From Rhynchopus sp. YZ270_cl-10 (Eukaryota), in contig OZ037843.1 of the NCBI GenBank assembly GCA_964035575.1, positions 310,001 through 374,000 on the forward strand: 64,000 bases of DNA, written 5' to 3'. Position 1 is the first letter of the stretch. The number at the start of each line of letters is the position of its first letter. This document shows positions 11,845 to 23,649 of the stretch, piece by piece. The translations under genes and the position numbers were made by a program. The notes beneath the pieces were generated by a model. It was not told the DNA's origin. It did no database searches and saw nothing but the letters and a program-made list of their open reading frames with translations.

Positions 11845-12735
11845 CAGGGTTTTCGCTATGGGGGTACCGGGGTACCGCCGGTACCCCCAAAGAAAAATTT
11901 GGGGAAAAAACCCGATTTTTGGGGGTACCGCGGTACCCCCAACGGTACTTGAGGGTTTAGGGTTAGTGGGAAATGTTTTTTTCTTCTTTTTTTTTTCCTC
12001 TCGGCAAGACGTGGCGCAAATCTTTCAATTGCGGCCATAATCGGGGGAAAATATGCTTCTGTGGGGTCCTTGCCGTTCCGAGAGAAGGAAAAAGTAGCGT
12101 ACCGTGCGCCTGCGGCGCAAAACTTATGAGCGGAATCCCACAGCCCTCTACCATAGTTTGGCTGTAAAAATGTTTTATAAGACATGTATGCATTTCTAAG
12201 GAAATTTTTCAGTCCACGAGTCGTCTTTTTCCCTCCCGTGCTCCCCATCTCACTCACACACACTACATCTTCATCAGGAAAATTGTCAAAATTCTTTCGT
12301 TCAACATTGTGAGCAGCGTTTGGTGATTTAAAAAAAAATAATGTGTACCTGAGTGTGGGGATGCGTTCAAGAATTAAACTCTTCCCCCCAAACCCCCTTT
12401 TTCGTCTTTGTTTTCTTTATTCAAACGGCAAGTGGATGCGTAATAATTTTGATTTTAAGTCACAATTTTTGAAATGTTGCGTACCGTGGCTTCGCCACAA
12501 AGTTTAGATATTATGACTGCCGTTTCTTCTTGTACTGAGGGAAGGCAGGCGTAGAAAAAACATGAGAAAAAGGGTTGGTTTGGTTCTTGATGTACATTAC
12601 CATCCCACGTCATCACTACTATTTACCTGAAATGAACGGACCTTTTCGCGCGGAGCGCGAAAAATTTTTTTGACCCTTTTTTTTTTGCCGGTACCCCCAA
12701 AAAAAAAAAAATAGTGATTTCTGGCGAAAACCCTG
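11845..12735. mobile_element. hAT-like MITE
   Basis: 12-bp TIR CAGGGTTTTCGC / GCGAAAACCCTG and subterminal GGTACC(CC) repeats. An internal segment (~12095-12170) is the reverse complement of ~53045-53125. The TSD is not intact. Confidence 0.7.
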
Positions 12736-13585
12736 CAACACCAAATAAAACAAAAATTCAAAAACGTGAACGTGAGACTGCTCTCAACAGTGTGGTAGAA
12801 GGGGGGAGTAAGGAGGGTGCGCTGTGGTGTGGGGGCTGTGGGTGGGGGGAGACTTTCAGTAGTGTAGGGAGGGGTGTGGGGGGGGCATGGATGCCATGTG
12901 TGGTGGTGGCGCAAGGTGGGTGGATAGCAGAGAGTGCGTGGATAAAGGGAAGACCCAGGTCTCTCTTTGTGGCTCCAGTCACTGCAGGAAAGGGAGGAAA
13001 TAATAAAACCTACATTCTCGAGCTTTTCTACTGACGTGATTTTCATTGGACGCATCCCCTTCTCCAATTCAATTCAATAAAACTGTAGCTTTCTCCTCAG
13101 AATTCGTGAAACAACCCGCGCCAAGTCTGCTGAGTCAAACAACCCGCGCCAAGGCTGCTGAGTCGGATGACAAAGAGTGAGGGCGAAGCACCACACGCAT
13201 GAGCCCAAATGCTGCGCTTGTATGCTGTATGCAAGTCGTATCCTAAACAGTAAAAACAAAGGTGTGTAGGTTAGTTGCCAACAGTACGTCCCTCGACGGT
13301 ACTGTGCGTAAAACCGGCCCAAGGGTACTATGACGCATACATATAAGCATAACATGCGACGAGCGCTAGGCCCAACGTGCATAACCAGTAACAAACAGAG
13401 GGACGCATCTGCGTGCTTACTTTCTTTGTTTCTTTTTTTTTTTTTTTTTTTTGAAAAACGAGAAACGCTAATTGTATTTTTGGCCCCCTCTGTGAGTATT
13501 GATTGAATTGGAGTCGGGGAGCACAAGCAAAGGGCAATGAAAGGAAAACAATGAACATTAAACAAGCTAGAAAAGAGACAGTATA

Positions 13586-14804
13586 TATACATAGCGCTCT
13601 AATTAGAGTATTAGGGTATAATTAGAGTCTGGGATTTTGGGCCAAGTCAGTTAGAGTCCAGTTAGAGTATAATTAGAGTCGCTTTTCTTCAATTAGACTA
13701 TAATTAGAGTGCAGTTAGAGCATAATTAGACTCTAACTACACTCTAATTATAGTCTAATTAGAGTAAAACAACAGGCTTCTTGTAGGTGCAAACGCCGTA
13801 AGGAACCGGTTCCCCTAAGGTTCCTCTGTAGGACCCAGGTGCCCAGATGCCCACATAGCTGAAAATAAGACTTGGGGAACCGAGTTCTCAGCCGGACTGG
13901 GACACAATATGTGAAGGCGCTGTGGTCCGCCTGAAAGCGGGTCGGGGACCCGGTCGCGGGAGGGTGGGGGCCTAGTCCTAGTCCTACTGTACCTAGTACC
14001 CAGTACCGGGACTCGGGACCCGGCTTATTCTCAGCTATGGGTACCCAGGTACTCAGACCCGCGCAGTGGCACATGCCCTCAAGTGTGAGTGACCCACACA
14101 TTAGGGAATGCGATGCAAAAACTCTATGTGCACCTTCGGTGCAACGCCGCAGACAGGCCTCTACAAATGTTGATGCGCGGGTACAGAAGTGGTGTCTTGT
14201 TCTTTCATCTGTAGGAATATAAATATCAATCGAATTTAACTACCACTAAGGGGTCGAAGGGGTAATCCCAGTATCAAAGGCTGTGTTGACGGGAAATCTA
14301 TAGCGAGCTTACGTTCATTTCAGCCGAAGAAATACTACTTATGAACCCAGGAGAGATCCAAGCCTCGCGTTGAACAACTACCCGCGATCGACAATACCAA
14401 AGAGAATTCATAATAAAACAACACTGCCCCATACACACTAAATAGCCATGCTTCAAGTGCATGCCCCTGGGCCAAAATTCCTGTGCTAAAAGGGCAACAA
14501 GACCATCCACAAGGAGTGTGAATTGTGCACTGGTTTTCTGGGGGAACAAACAATATTTTCTTGTGTCTGGTTCTCTGCAAGCAGAGAACAGACTTGCTGG
14601 ATTACAAAGTCGAATTTCTTGCACTAGCTATGCCCCCTGGGTTGATGGCTATAGCATTGATTGATGTGCCCCTCTTTATTGACCCTCTTATAGGACTCTA
14701 ATTAGACTCTAATTAGAGTCCAGTTAGAGTTTTAAAGACTCTAATAATACTCGAACTGCCGACTCTAATTATCTAGTTAGAGTCTAATTGGAGCGCTATG
14801 TATA
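13586..14804. mobile_element. TIR element with 6-bp TSD and AATTAGAG subterminal repeats
   Basis: TIR TATACATAGCGCTC(T/C)AATTAGA; AGTATA is duplicated at 13580-13585 and 14805-14810; the empty site is visible in the paralogous repeat at ~19000-19015. Confidence 0.88.
13854..14039. mobile_element. Nested mini-MITE
   Basis: Inverted ends CATAGCTGAAAATAAG / CTTATTCTCAGCTATG; its right half resembles ~3260-3290 (ACCCGGCTTATTCTC). Confidence 0.5.
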
Positions 14805-16547
14805 AGTATATATTTCCGAACACACACACACACACACACATTATTCAAATCATTCAATCCGAAAGAGCCCAATCATTTCGGTTTGTATTATTTCCTTACA
14901 AACCGTACGCGTACCGCTTCGTATGTTTGTATACAAAAATAATAAAACCTACATTCTCGAGCTTTTCTACTGACGTGATTTTCATTGGACGCATCCTCCA
15001 GGACCCTAAGGACCCCGAGGGACGCTGCGCGAACAAAAACCCCAAAATATGGTATAAAAATTGAACAATAAAGACAAAGGAGAGAGGTTGTGGCGAAACG
15101 CACACACCTCTACCTGTCGGTGAAATGTGGCCCTACTCCAACCCGAAAAGTGGAAGAGGATGGGGGTAGGGGTACGGTGTTCAATTTCCTTACAGTCTTG
15201 CATGTAATCATAAAAGATAATCTGGCCACGGTACGACAATAAGAACCGGACAGAAGAACAGAATCAAAATAAGAGAAAAGGCATTGTAATATGAAGTGCC
15301 TTTCGTGCACCTACATCCTTTGAGGTGGCTTGCAATCCAAGGTCCGCTCGTGGGAGTGTTATGGTTATGGTTATGTTTGTGACTGGTGTATCAGCGGATC
15401 CCACCCCTGCAGGCCCACATCTACTACGAGTTCTACAAGGACTATGAACTACAACCCACGGAGAAACTGAAACCGCATTCCTACCTTTCCCTTATTGTAT
15501 TATCCCACCCCCGCAATCACGAAACCACTAAAGGCAAAATGGAGAGGCTGTGGTAGAATGCACACCTCGGCCTATCGGTGAGATGTGTCTCTACGCCAAC
15601 CCGCCTCAGAATAGAAACAGGGAGGGATTAAGGGCACAGTTCAATATACTATTTGCACTGTCTGGAAACGTAAACAGAATTCAACATATGCATTGAAATG
15701 ATAGCGTAAAATGGATGAGAAAATGGGGTGGACCAATTGAATCAAGGTACCGTAATAGTACAAACACACAAAACATGTGGAACGCAACACAACTTGGAAA
15801 AGACGCGATGGTGGACAAACAACCCAAGCAGTGCACTGTTGGCGTAACGCCTCAACAAAGGTTCGTCAGACTCAGCAAACCCCCCACAGTGGGCACGAGG
15901 TACCACCGCACGAGGTAGCATCAAACCCTACGTGTTTGTCACACAAACTCCATACGCCTTGGAAAAGAATTAAGATAGATAACAAGTGCGAAGTGCGCAC
16001 TAAACCCCTCACCCTCGATTATGTCGTTCTCGTCTTCCTTGCTCGCCAAAGGAATCTGGCGCTAGGCCAGGATCCGCAACATCTGTACTGCGACGACCGA
16101 ATGCATGAGCAACTGTTGTAGGACCACCGATCACTCTCTTCATCCTCAACAGTGCGTAGCTGTGTGTCAACTAAGAAGCTGCGCGCAGGCCTCAGTGTTG
16201 TTCTAAACGGGTACGCAACAGCCGTAGCCTGACAGCACTGCTTAGCTGAGGAAGTCTTCGGACGGAAGGCACGGCAGAACAGGGTCATGGGTAGAACACT
16301 ACGGTGGTCTAGAGAAGATGATGCTGAATATACTGTGCATGGTGACGGCCGATGAGTAGGAGCAGGAAGGGCGTAGAGAGCTAGAAAACGGTACACTAAA
16401 ATCGACCATAATCGGGGACATCGTCATCGGCAGTGCCTACTGCGAGACGCCGATCGTTTGAGTAGTCGCCACTGCGGACATATACTATCGATGAGGAGCA
16501 CTAGTGCGTCAACATGCTACTTTGGCGCTGTGCATACAGCTGAGGCT

Positions 16548-18430
16548 GCGGCTGGACTTGTGCTGCGCTCAGATGAAGCAGCGGCCGTCATGAGAGAAGG
16601 GTACACCACCGCAAACCGCCTTCAGTCGACACTGTGCTAAAAACGCTACGCCAAAAAATAATAGGCGTAACGGGGTGAAATGTGAGGCAACAGTGCACCC
16701 AACGGTCGCCACTGTGCACAAAGAAACTATAGTGCACTGAGAATACAAATGTGCACCTGTGTGTTACAAACGAAGCAACAGTGTGACGTCAAGCAGAAAA
16801 CGGTGTGTCGGCTTTGTTGCTGCGCTGCCTGCAGAAGCTGCGGCTCTGGCTGCGCTACCTGCTGAAGCTGCTGCTGATGTTGTTGCGCTGCCGGGACGGG
16901 CGGCGGCTGGTTCAGCTGCTACGCTACCTACAGAAGCTGCGGCTATTGCTGCGCTGCCTGCTGAAGCTGCTGCTGCTGTTGTTGAAGCGCTGCCTGGATG
17001 GGCGGCGGCTGGACTTGTGCTGCGTGCTCAGATGAAGCAGCGGCTGTCATGAGAGAAGGGTACACCACCGCAAACCGCCTTCAGTCGACACTGTGCTAAA
17101 AACGCTACGCCAAAAAATAATAGGCGTAACGGGGTGAAATGTGAGGCAACAGTGCACCCAACGGTCGCCACTGTGCGCAAAGAAACTATAGTGCACTGAG
17201 AATACAAATGTGCACCTGTGTGTTACAAACGAAGCAACAGTGTGACGTCAAGCAGAAAACGGTGTGTCGGCTTTGTTGCTGCGCTGCCTGCAGAAGCTGC
17301 GGCTCTTGCTGCGCTGCCTGCAGAAGCTGCTGCTGATGTTGTTGCGCTGCCGGGACGGGCGGCGGCTGGTCTAGCTGCTGCGCTGCCTACAGAAGCTGCG
17401 GCTATTGCTGCGCTACCTGCTGAAGCTGCTGTTGCTGATGTTGTTGCGCTGCCGGGACGGGCGGCGGCTGGTTCAGCTGCTACGCTACCTACAGAAGCTG
17501 CGGCTATTGCTGCGCTACCTGCTGAAGCTGCTGCTGCTGATGTTGTTGCGCTGCCGGGACGGGCGGCGGCTGGTTCAGCTGCTACGCTACCTACAGAAGC
17601 TGCGGCTATTGCTGCGCTGCCTGCAGAAGCTGCGGCTCTTGCTGCGCTGCCTGCAGAAGCTGCTGCTGATGTTGTTGCGCTGCCGGGACGGGCGGCGGCT
17701 GGTCTAGCTGCTGCGCTGCCTACAGAAGCTGCGGCTATTGCTGCGCTACCTGCTGAAGCTGCTGTTGCTGATGTTGTTGCGCTGCCGGGACGGGCGGCGG
17801 CTGGTTCAGCTGCTACGCTACCTACAGAAGCTGCGGCTATTGCTGCGCTACCTGCTGAAGCTGCTGCTGCTGTTGTTGAAACGCTGCCTGGATGGGCGGC
17901 GGCTGGACTTGTGCTGCGCTCAGATGAAGCAGCGGCCGTCATGAGAGAAGGGTACACCACCGCAAACCGCCTTCAGTCGACACTGTGCTAAAAATGCTAC
18001 GCCAAAAAATAATAGGCGTAACGGGGTGAAATGTGAGGCAACAGTGCACCCAACGGTCGCCACTGTGCGCAAAGAAACTATAGTGCACTGAGAATACAAA
18101 TGTGCACCTGTGTGTTACAAACGAAGCAACAGTGTGACGTCAAGCAGAAAACGGTGTGTCGGCCTTACTGCTGCGCTGCCTACAGAAACTGCAGCTGTCG
18201 CTGCGCTGCCTGCAGAAGCTGCGGCTCTTGCTGCGCTACCTGCTGAAGCTGCTGCTGCTGATGTTGTTGCGCTGCCTAGACGGGCGGCGGCTGGTCTAGC
18301 TGCTGCGCTGCCTACAGAAGCAGCTGCTGCTGATGTTGTTACGCTGCCTGGATGGGCGGCGGCTAGTCTAGCTGCTGCGCCGCCTGCTGAAGCTGCTGCT
18401 GCTGTTGTTGAAAGCGCTGCCTAAACGGGC
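16548..18430. repeat. Compound tandem repeat: three copies of a ~265-bp unique block, each followed by a variable-length GCT-rich minisatellite
   Basis: The block GGCTGGACTTGTGCTGCG...CGGTGTGTCGGC starts at ~16550, ~17007 and ~17901. The copies are separated by GCTGCGCTGCCTGCAGAAGCT-type subrepeats of different lengths. Confidence 0.9.
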
Positions 18431-18840
18431 GGCGGCTGGGCCTGCGAGTTAGCCAATAGCGCCAAGAGCTGAGCCATTGGTTGATTCTGAGGTGCAGCGG
18501 GCGGATGCCGAGGCTGACCTTGCTGGGGCCGCAGGGATCGCATGGTCCGCCGCGGCAGGCTCCTCGTCCACCCAGGCTCACACGGGGCAAGTAAAGTTAC
18601 TTAATTTTGTTACATAATTTACGAGGAAAGCGGCAGCGACGTCGTGGGTAGGGAACTTCTGTGTCAAGCAGTTCGCCTGGGCACCGTAACCGCAGATCCA
18701 GCAATGCTTAGCGACGTGCAAGATGGAAAGACACAACCATGCTGGTGGGGTGCGGGCTGCTCCGGTGGCTGCAGAGGCCTGGCATTCACCCAGTCAACGT
18801 GGATCAGGATGAACGTGTCCCTTGACCACCCTGCGAACGG

Positions 18841-18877
<37 letters not shown>

Positions 18878-19762
18878 AAAAACGAGAAACGCTAATTGTA
18901 TTTTTGGCCCCCTCTGTGAGTATTGATTGAATTGGAGTCGGGGAGCACAAGCAAAGGGCAATGAAAGGAAAACAATGAACATTAAACAAGCTAGAAAAGA
19001 GACAGTATATATTTCCGAACACACACACACACACACACACATTATTCAAATCATTCAATCCGAAAGAGCCCAATCATTTCGGTTTGTATTATTTCCTTAC
19101 AAACCGTACGCGTACCGCTTCGTATGTTTGTATACAAAAATAAAAATGTACGAAAGTACGTTTTGGCCATTTTTTGTGTTCGTCCCCCCGCACCAAAACA
19201 GCACCTACAGGTGGTGGTCATGTGGCACCACTGTGAAGAGTGTTTCACGCAAAACGTGTAGGTGTAAAACAACAGCAAACATCTTTTTTGTAAAAAAAAG
19301 ACAATCAAAAAAAGTTGACTTGAAAAATACAAGAGCCCTCTCGTGAACAGAGTACCTTGGTGGAAATGACCGGTGTACCGGGGGGTGGACCCCAACCATG
19401 CAGTCCCTACATCCATTTCGTGGTTTACATCATGAAATTTTTATCGTCCCTGTTGAAAATCACATTGTTTTGTTCTTCCCTTTTTCCAACATTTGTATTC
19501 ATTTTTGCTTTTTTTTTTGTTTGACTTCCACTATCATTTTTGCAAGCTTCATTTCTGTTTTGGTTTTCTCCTCACAGGAAAACAAAATGAGGGCGGCAAT
19601 TGACACCACGTACATAAAAAAGTGAAGTTGATAGTGCAAACACTTCTGGGGCGCACTGACACTCCGCAGGAGTTGAAAAATCCAATCAAAACAAGAGTGC
19701 TGTACAATTGGAAGTTGCTGACAGGGAAACTGGAAAGGGTTTCGTTGTCTAGGTATTCCAGC

Positions 19763-21871
19763 TCAGGTGTTGCCCTCAAGCACGTAGTACACACCCGTTT
19801 GCCCACCGTACAGTGCCACTGCATTGTGCAGCGATGTTGGCAAAGTGTCGCCCTCAGGCTCGAAGAGACAGACACCATGGTCGCGCACAGCCTCCGCACA
19901 CAGCGTCCAGCTGCGACGTACTGTCCCCCCCATCACCGTCACAAAGCGTTGTGTCCTTGCCCCCACATCACCATGCTGCACAGGGCCTGTCACGAAACCT
20001 GCGCCGTTCAGGATACCCTTTGCAAGCATGCGTTGTGCAAAGCGGACTGCGTTCTCCATGTGTGCAGGGGCAGAGCGGGTCACGTTCCACGACACACAGA
20101 CACGGCTGCCAAGCACAGTCTGGAGGTGGCCCCGGCTCTGGTCGAGGGAGATGATGAGGGTGGCAAGCCCGCTGCTCACGTCGTGGAATGCGTTTAAGCT
20201 TGATTCGTCTGAGACGGATAGCTCTGCGGTCGCGATGGTGACGGAGACGTGGTGCGCCTGGCCCGCCAACCGTTGAACCCCTTGATGTGCTCCTACTGTA
20301 TTCGACGAGCCAGACGCAGAAAACCCAGACGCAGACATGCACTTCAGCCACATGCCCTCTCTGTTGCGCTCAACGAGAGGTGTGTTCTTCCGCCCTTCCA
20401 ACGAAACGGGCCACACAGGGCACACAAACGTCGTCCCGCTCACGCCCTTCAGTTCAAGTGCCTCCGTCTCACCCACAACACCACTGCACGCAGCACAGTC
20501 AGACGTCCACAGGTCAGAGGGCACAGCAACAGCCCCAGGCATGCATGTGCTCTCAAGGCGTGACGCAACGTTGACAGTGTGTCCGAAGTAGTCTGTCCGT
20601 CCAGTGAGTGTGTTCTGTTCGACAGTCACAGGGCCGGTGTTGACACCAATGCGCACAGTGAGGCCACCCCACAGAGAGTCTTGCGGTGTGCAGATGGGTG
20701 CATCTTCAAGCAGCGACGCAGGCCAGTCTGCTGCAAGCAGCTTCTCGTGTACCTGCAGAGCAAAGTTGACTCCGTCTGCTGTTGTCTCGAAGGCAATCAT
20801 GAAGGCGTCGCCAATGGTTTTGACTTCGTACCCGCCGAACACAGCCATCACCTCACGCATCACACGGTTGTGTATCTTCAGGCCGGCACTCATCCCGTCA
20901 GGTGCGTTCTCCCAGATCGACGTCGAGGCACGGATGTCTGTGAACACAATCGTTGCTGTCTCGCTGTCAAATGCGGGTGCAGCAGACATATGGCGGTCTG
21001 GCACGCCCGCAGACTGCTCATCCTCCTCAAACAGCGCAGCAGGGAGGTAGGGACGGTACTTCCGCAGGTTCTCCTCCAACGCCCGCAGTGCTTCCGCCAT
21101 CCCCTCAGGCAGCTCACCACCGTGCTCCTCCAGCAGCTCCGCCACCTTCTCCACATCGTACCCAGCCAGGAGCGAGGCGATCTGCTGCACTGTTGCTATG
21201 GTACGCCGTGTGGTGTCTTGCTCCTTGAGGATGTCGCGCGCAAAGCCTCTGGTTGCAACGAAGTCCATCAAGAACACTTGCAGGGCGGTCACGAGCTGGC
21301 TGGTAGTGTCACTCGCGCAGGGCAGCACCTCGCAACGCAGTGTTTTTTCCAACAGCTCACGCCTTCCAGTCGGACCACCTTGCGGCACCAGACCGGGCAG
21401 GTCCAGGATACCCCACCTCCACCGCTCCTCCATCCAAAGCACTAACAGCCACATCACCGTCACCACGACTAACCCAACCGAGTACCTCGCCTGCACCTGC
21501 ATAACAAGAAGGAAGTCAACCACGAGCACCAGGGCCGGCCAGAAGTAGTTCGACTTGGTCCGAGCGTTGAGATCCGCCATGCACACTGCGATTGCGTACA
21601 GTGCGGCACTGCTGACCACAATGCATGTTGTCAGACGCACACGGCAGAGCACCAGAGCAACACTCCCTGCTGAGATGACGTTGACCAAACAGAAGTTCAT
21701 CGCCTGCACTGCACCTTCTAGGAGTGCAGAGCTCTTCGCGACTGTGAAGGCCAGCGTGCTCATCAGGACAGCAACGTTAATGGTAAAAAAGAGCGTCCGC
21801 TGGCGTGTCTGCTTTGCATCGAGCGTGCCATCGAGGGACAGCACGCCGTCCAAGCAGCGGAAACAGCGCAT
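19763..21871 (-). CDS. Multi-pass membrane class III adenylate cyclase with C-terminal degenerate cyclase domain
   Basis: 702 aa with about 5-6 hydrophobic helices and the motifs FTDI, EVKTIGDAF and DYFGHTVNVASRLES. The second domain has GFVTGPVQHGDVG...FVTVMGGTV and lacks the catalytic N/R. Confidence 0.93.
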   Translation of the reverse strand: MRCFRCLDGVLSLDGTLDAKQTRQRTLFFTINVAVLMSTLAFTVAKSSALLEGAVQAMNFCLVNVISAGSVALVLCRVRLTTCIVVSSAALYAIAVCMADLNARTKSNYFWPALVLVVDFLLVMQVQARYSVGLVVVTVMWLLVLWMEERWRWGILDLPGLVPQGGPTGRRELLEKTLRCEVLPCASDTTSQLVTALQVFLMDFVATRGFARDILKEQDTTRRTIATVQQIASLLAGYDVEKVAELLEEHGGELPEGMAEALRALEENLRKYRPYLPAALFEEDEQSAGVPDRHMSAAPAFDSETATIVFTDIRASTSIWENAPDGMSAGLKIHNRVMREVMAVFGGYEVKTIGDAFMIAFETTADGVNFALQVHEKLLAADWPASLLEDAPICTPQDSLWGGLTVRIGVNTGPVTVEQNTLTGRTDYFGHTVNVASRLESTCMPGAVAVPSDLWTSDCAACSGVVGETEALELKGVSGTTFVCPVWPVSLEGRKNTPLVERNREGMWLKCMSASGFSASGSSNTVGAHQGVQRLAGQAHHVSVTIATAELSVSDESSLNAFHDVSSGLATLIISLDQSRGHLQTVLGSRVCVSWNVTRSAPAHMENAVRFAQRMLAKGILNGAGFVTGPVQHGDVGARTQRFVTVMGGTVRRSWTLCAEAVRDHGVCLFEPEGDTLPTSLHNAVALYGGQTGVYYVLEGNT

Positions 21872-21954
21872 CAGTGTGTTGTGCTTAGGTAATGAAGAGT
21901 GAGGTGAAGGGGAGCTACCTAGGGGGGGGGAATGAACGAAGCGTGGTGAAATAC

Positions 21955-23640
21955 AACATCCCGCTGAACAGTGTATCGTGATACAATGTAAGGTGTAGGG
22001 GGGTGAGCCCTAACCGTGCGGTGCGACGTCCACTTCGTGGAGTGGAAACAAAAAATATGAGTAAAAAAACTGAAAACGGAGCGACTGTCATTTTATTATC
22101 AGTTTTTCCCTCAAGAATCTTGGTTCATTTCACAGAAGGTGAATGCCCCGCATGCACAACAAAACCTTGCAGCCCTTCTAATGCCACACAGATTTCGCTG
22201 AAAGGTGTTAATGATAAAACGTGGTTTCAAGAATGTCATGCATTCATTTAACATGCTCAGTGTAACGCACAGGCGTAGAAAAATGTTACTGTGCAAAGGC
22301 AAAAAGCAAATACAACAGTAACACGTTCCTATCCGGCGTAATTTGTTGAGCAAAAAAAAATCTGCGACATAAAAAAAATATCAGCAAAAGAATCAAGAAA
22401 CCTATGAGCGAGCATCTGAGGAGAACAGACAGAGATGAAGCTAATGTGTGACAGGTTCGTCACACGAACGCTTGCAATACACAGACTCTTCAAGACGAAC
22501 CAACAAACAAATGCAAGTGCCCACATGTTACAAAAGGGCGTCACACATCACTAAGCTCGCAAAAAAGGGGTGGGAAAAGCAAAGAATCGTACTGGTAAAG
22601 ATGTGCTTCTCCTGCTCACATCTTTTAGGAAAAATCAAAAGAAACTTTGAAAGATGAATGTGCTGTATTACCTGCACATATCTTTTCAAAACAAATTAAA
22701 CTAGTTATGAACCGCCTCCCCGCTCACAACTACGATGCGGGCAAAAAGCCATTAGTTGTGTGTCGTCATCACCACATACAAGACAAGAAACGAACGAAAT
22801 AAACAATTCGGAAAACGCACGTGTGCAGCACGCACCCCCGTTGCCACGTTTCTGCAAGGGGGTGCTCATCCCACACACACACAGCCCATACATGTTGTAA
22901 CACTGACACATAAGTTTCTTTGCGACAGTTGCTCTCCGCACCTGATGGTGAATAAAGCATGGCATGATAGTAGCACGTAGAACGGAGGGGACTTCGCCCA
23001 AACACAGACAGCGACCATGTGGTCATGGTGGCAGGGACGAACAACATGGGGAAGCAGTCGTCAAGAATGCTTCAGGGAGGGGTGTCATATTGCTTGTGAA
23101 CAACATGACAACAATAAAACAGTCAATTATATTTTTCCTTCCTTCAAAACTTCACACACAACGCTTTTGGTTTTTGGGAGACACACAAGGTGTCAGGTTC
23201 TAGGTTCTGGTAAGCACGGAACCACCCTGCACCTGTTTGTCATATGTTTTCCCGTACAACACATGGAGAAACGTTTCGCACTCGAAACAAGGGTAATATT
23301 GTCACATTGTAAGGCTTTTTGATAAAAGTAGTGAACACAAAAACCAACTCGTGTGGAAGAAAAAAGGAGAGGAACATATATTTTTCTGAATGAAAGTAGC
23401 GTTTACGTTTTGGGTGCGGGGTGGAGAATAAAATCTGTTCGATAAAAGAAACGCGAGTGTGTTGTTTTATCAGTTCAGTTTAAGAAAAATGCTTTCATGA
23501 AACTATTTACGTTTATGAGCTAAGGGATACGGGATGGGGTTATGGGATGGTTAAGATGGTTAAGTTACTCTTTTCAAAATGCCAACTTTGAAGTCAACAA
23601 CAACAAAAACAAACTCAGCTGGCACTTCACAAAGATGTGA
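21955..23640. repeat. Intergenic spacer duplicated at ~27150-29240
   Basis: Long near-identical blocks (e.g. GGAGTGGAAACAAAAAA..., TCAAGAATCTTGGTTCA...). Parts recur in the other array spacers and at ~57020-57380. Confidence 0.85.
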
Positions 23641-23649
23641 CACCATTCA

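Larger units (their letters stand above)
12998..19143 (-). mobile_element. Split-direct-repeat element, putative non-autonomous tyrosine-recombinase retroelement
   Basis: A 60-bp repeat B occurs at 12998-13057 and 14937-14996. A ~300-bp repeat A occurs at 13433-14942 (interrupted by a MITE) and 18843-19143. AAATAA is present at both outer ends and at the internal A/B junction. Confidence 0.6.

Noticed and set aside
11951..11970. Telomere-like GGGTTTAGGGTTAG
   Set aside because: Only about two units, inside a MITE.
16548..18430. CRISPR-like constant/variable alternation
   Set aside because: The constant block is ~265 bp, the intervening parts are themselves repetitive, there are no cas genes, and the context is eukaryotic.
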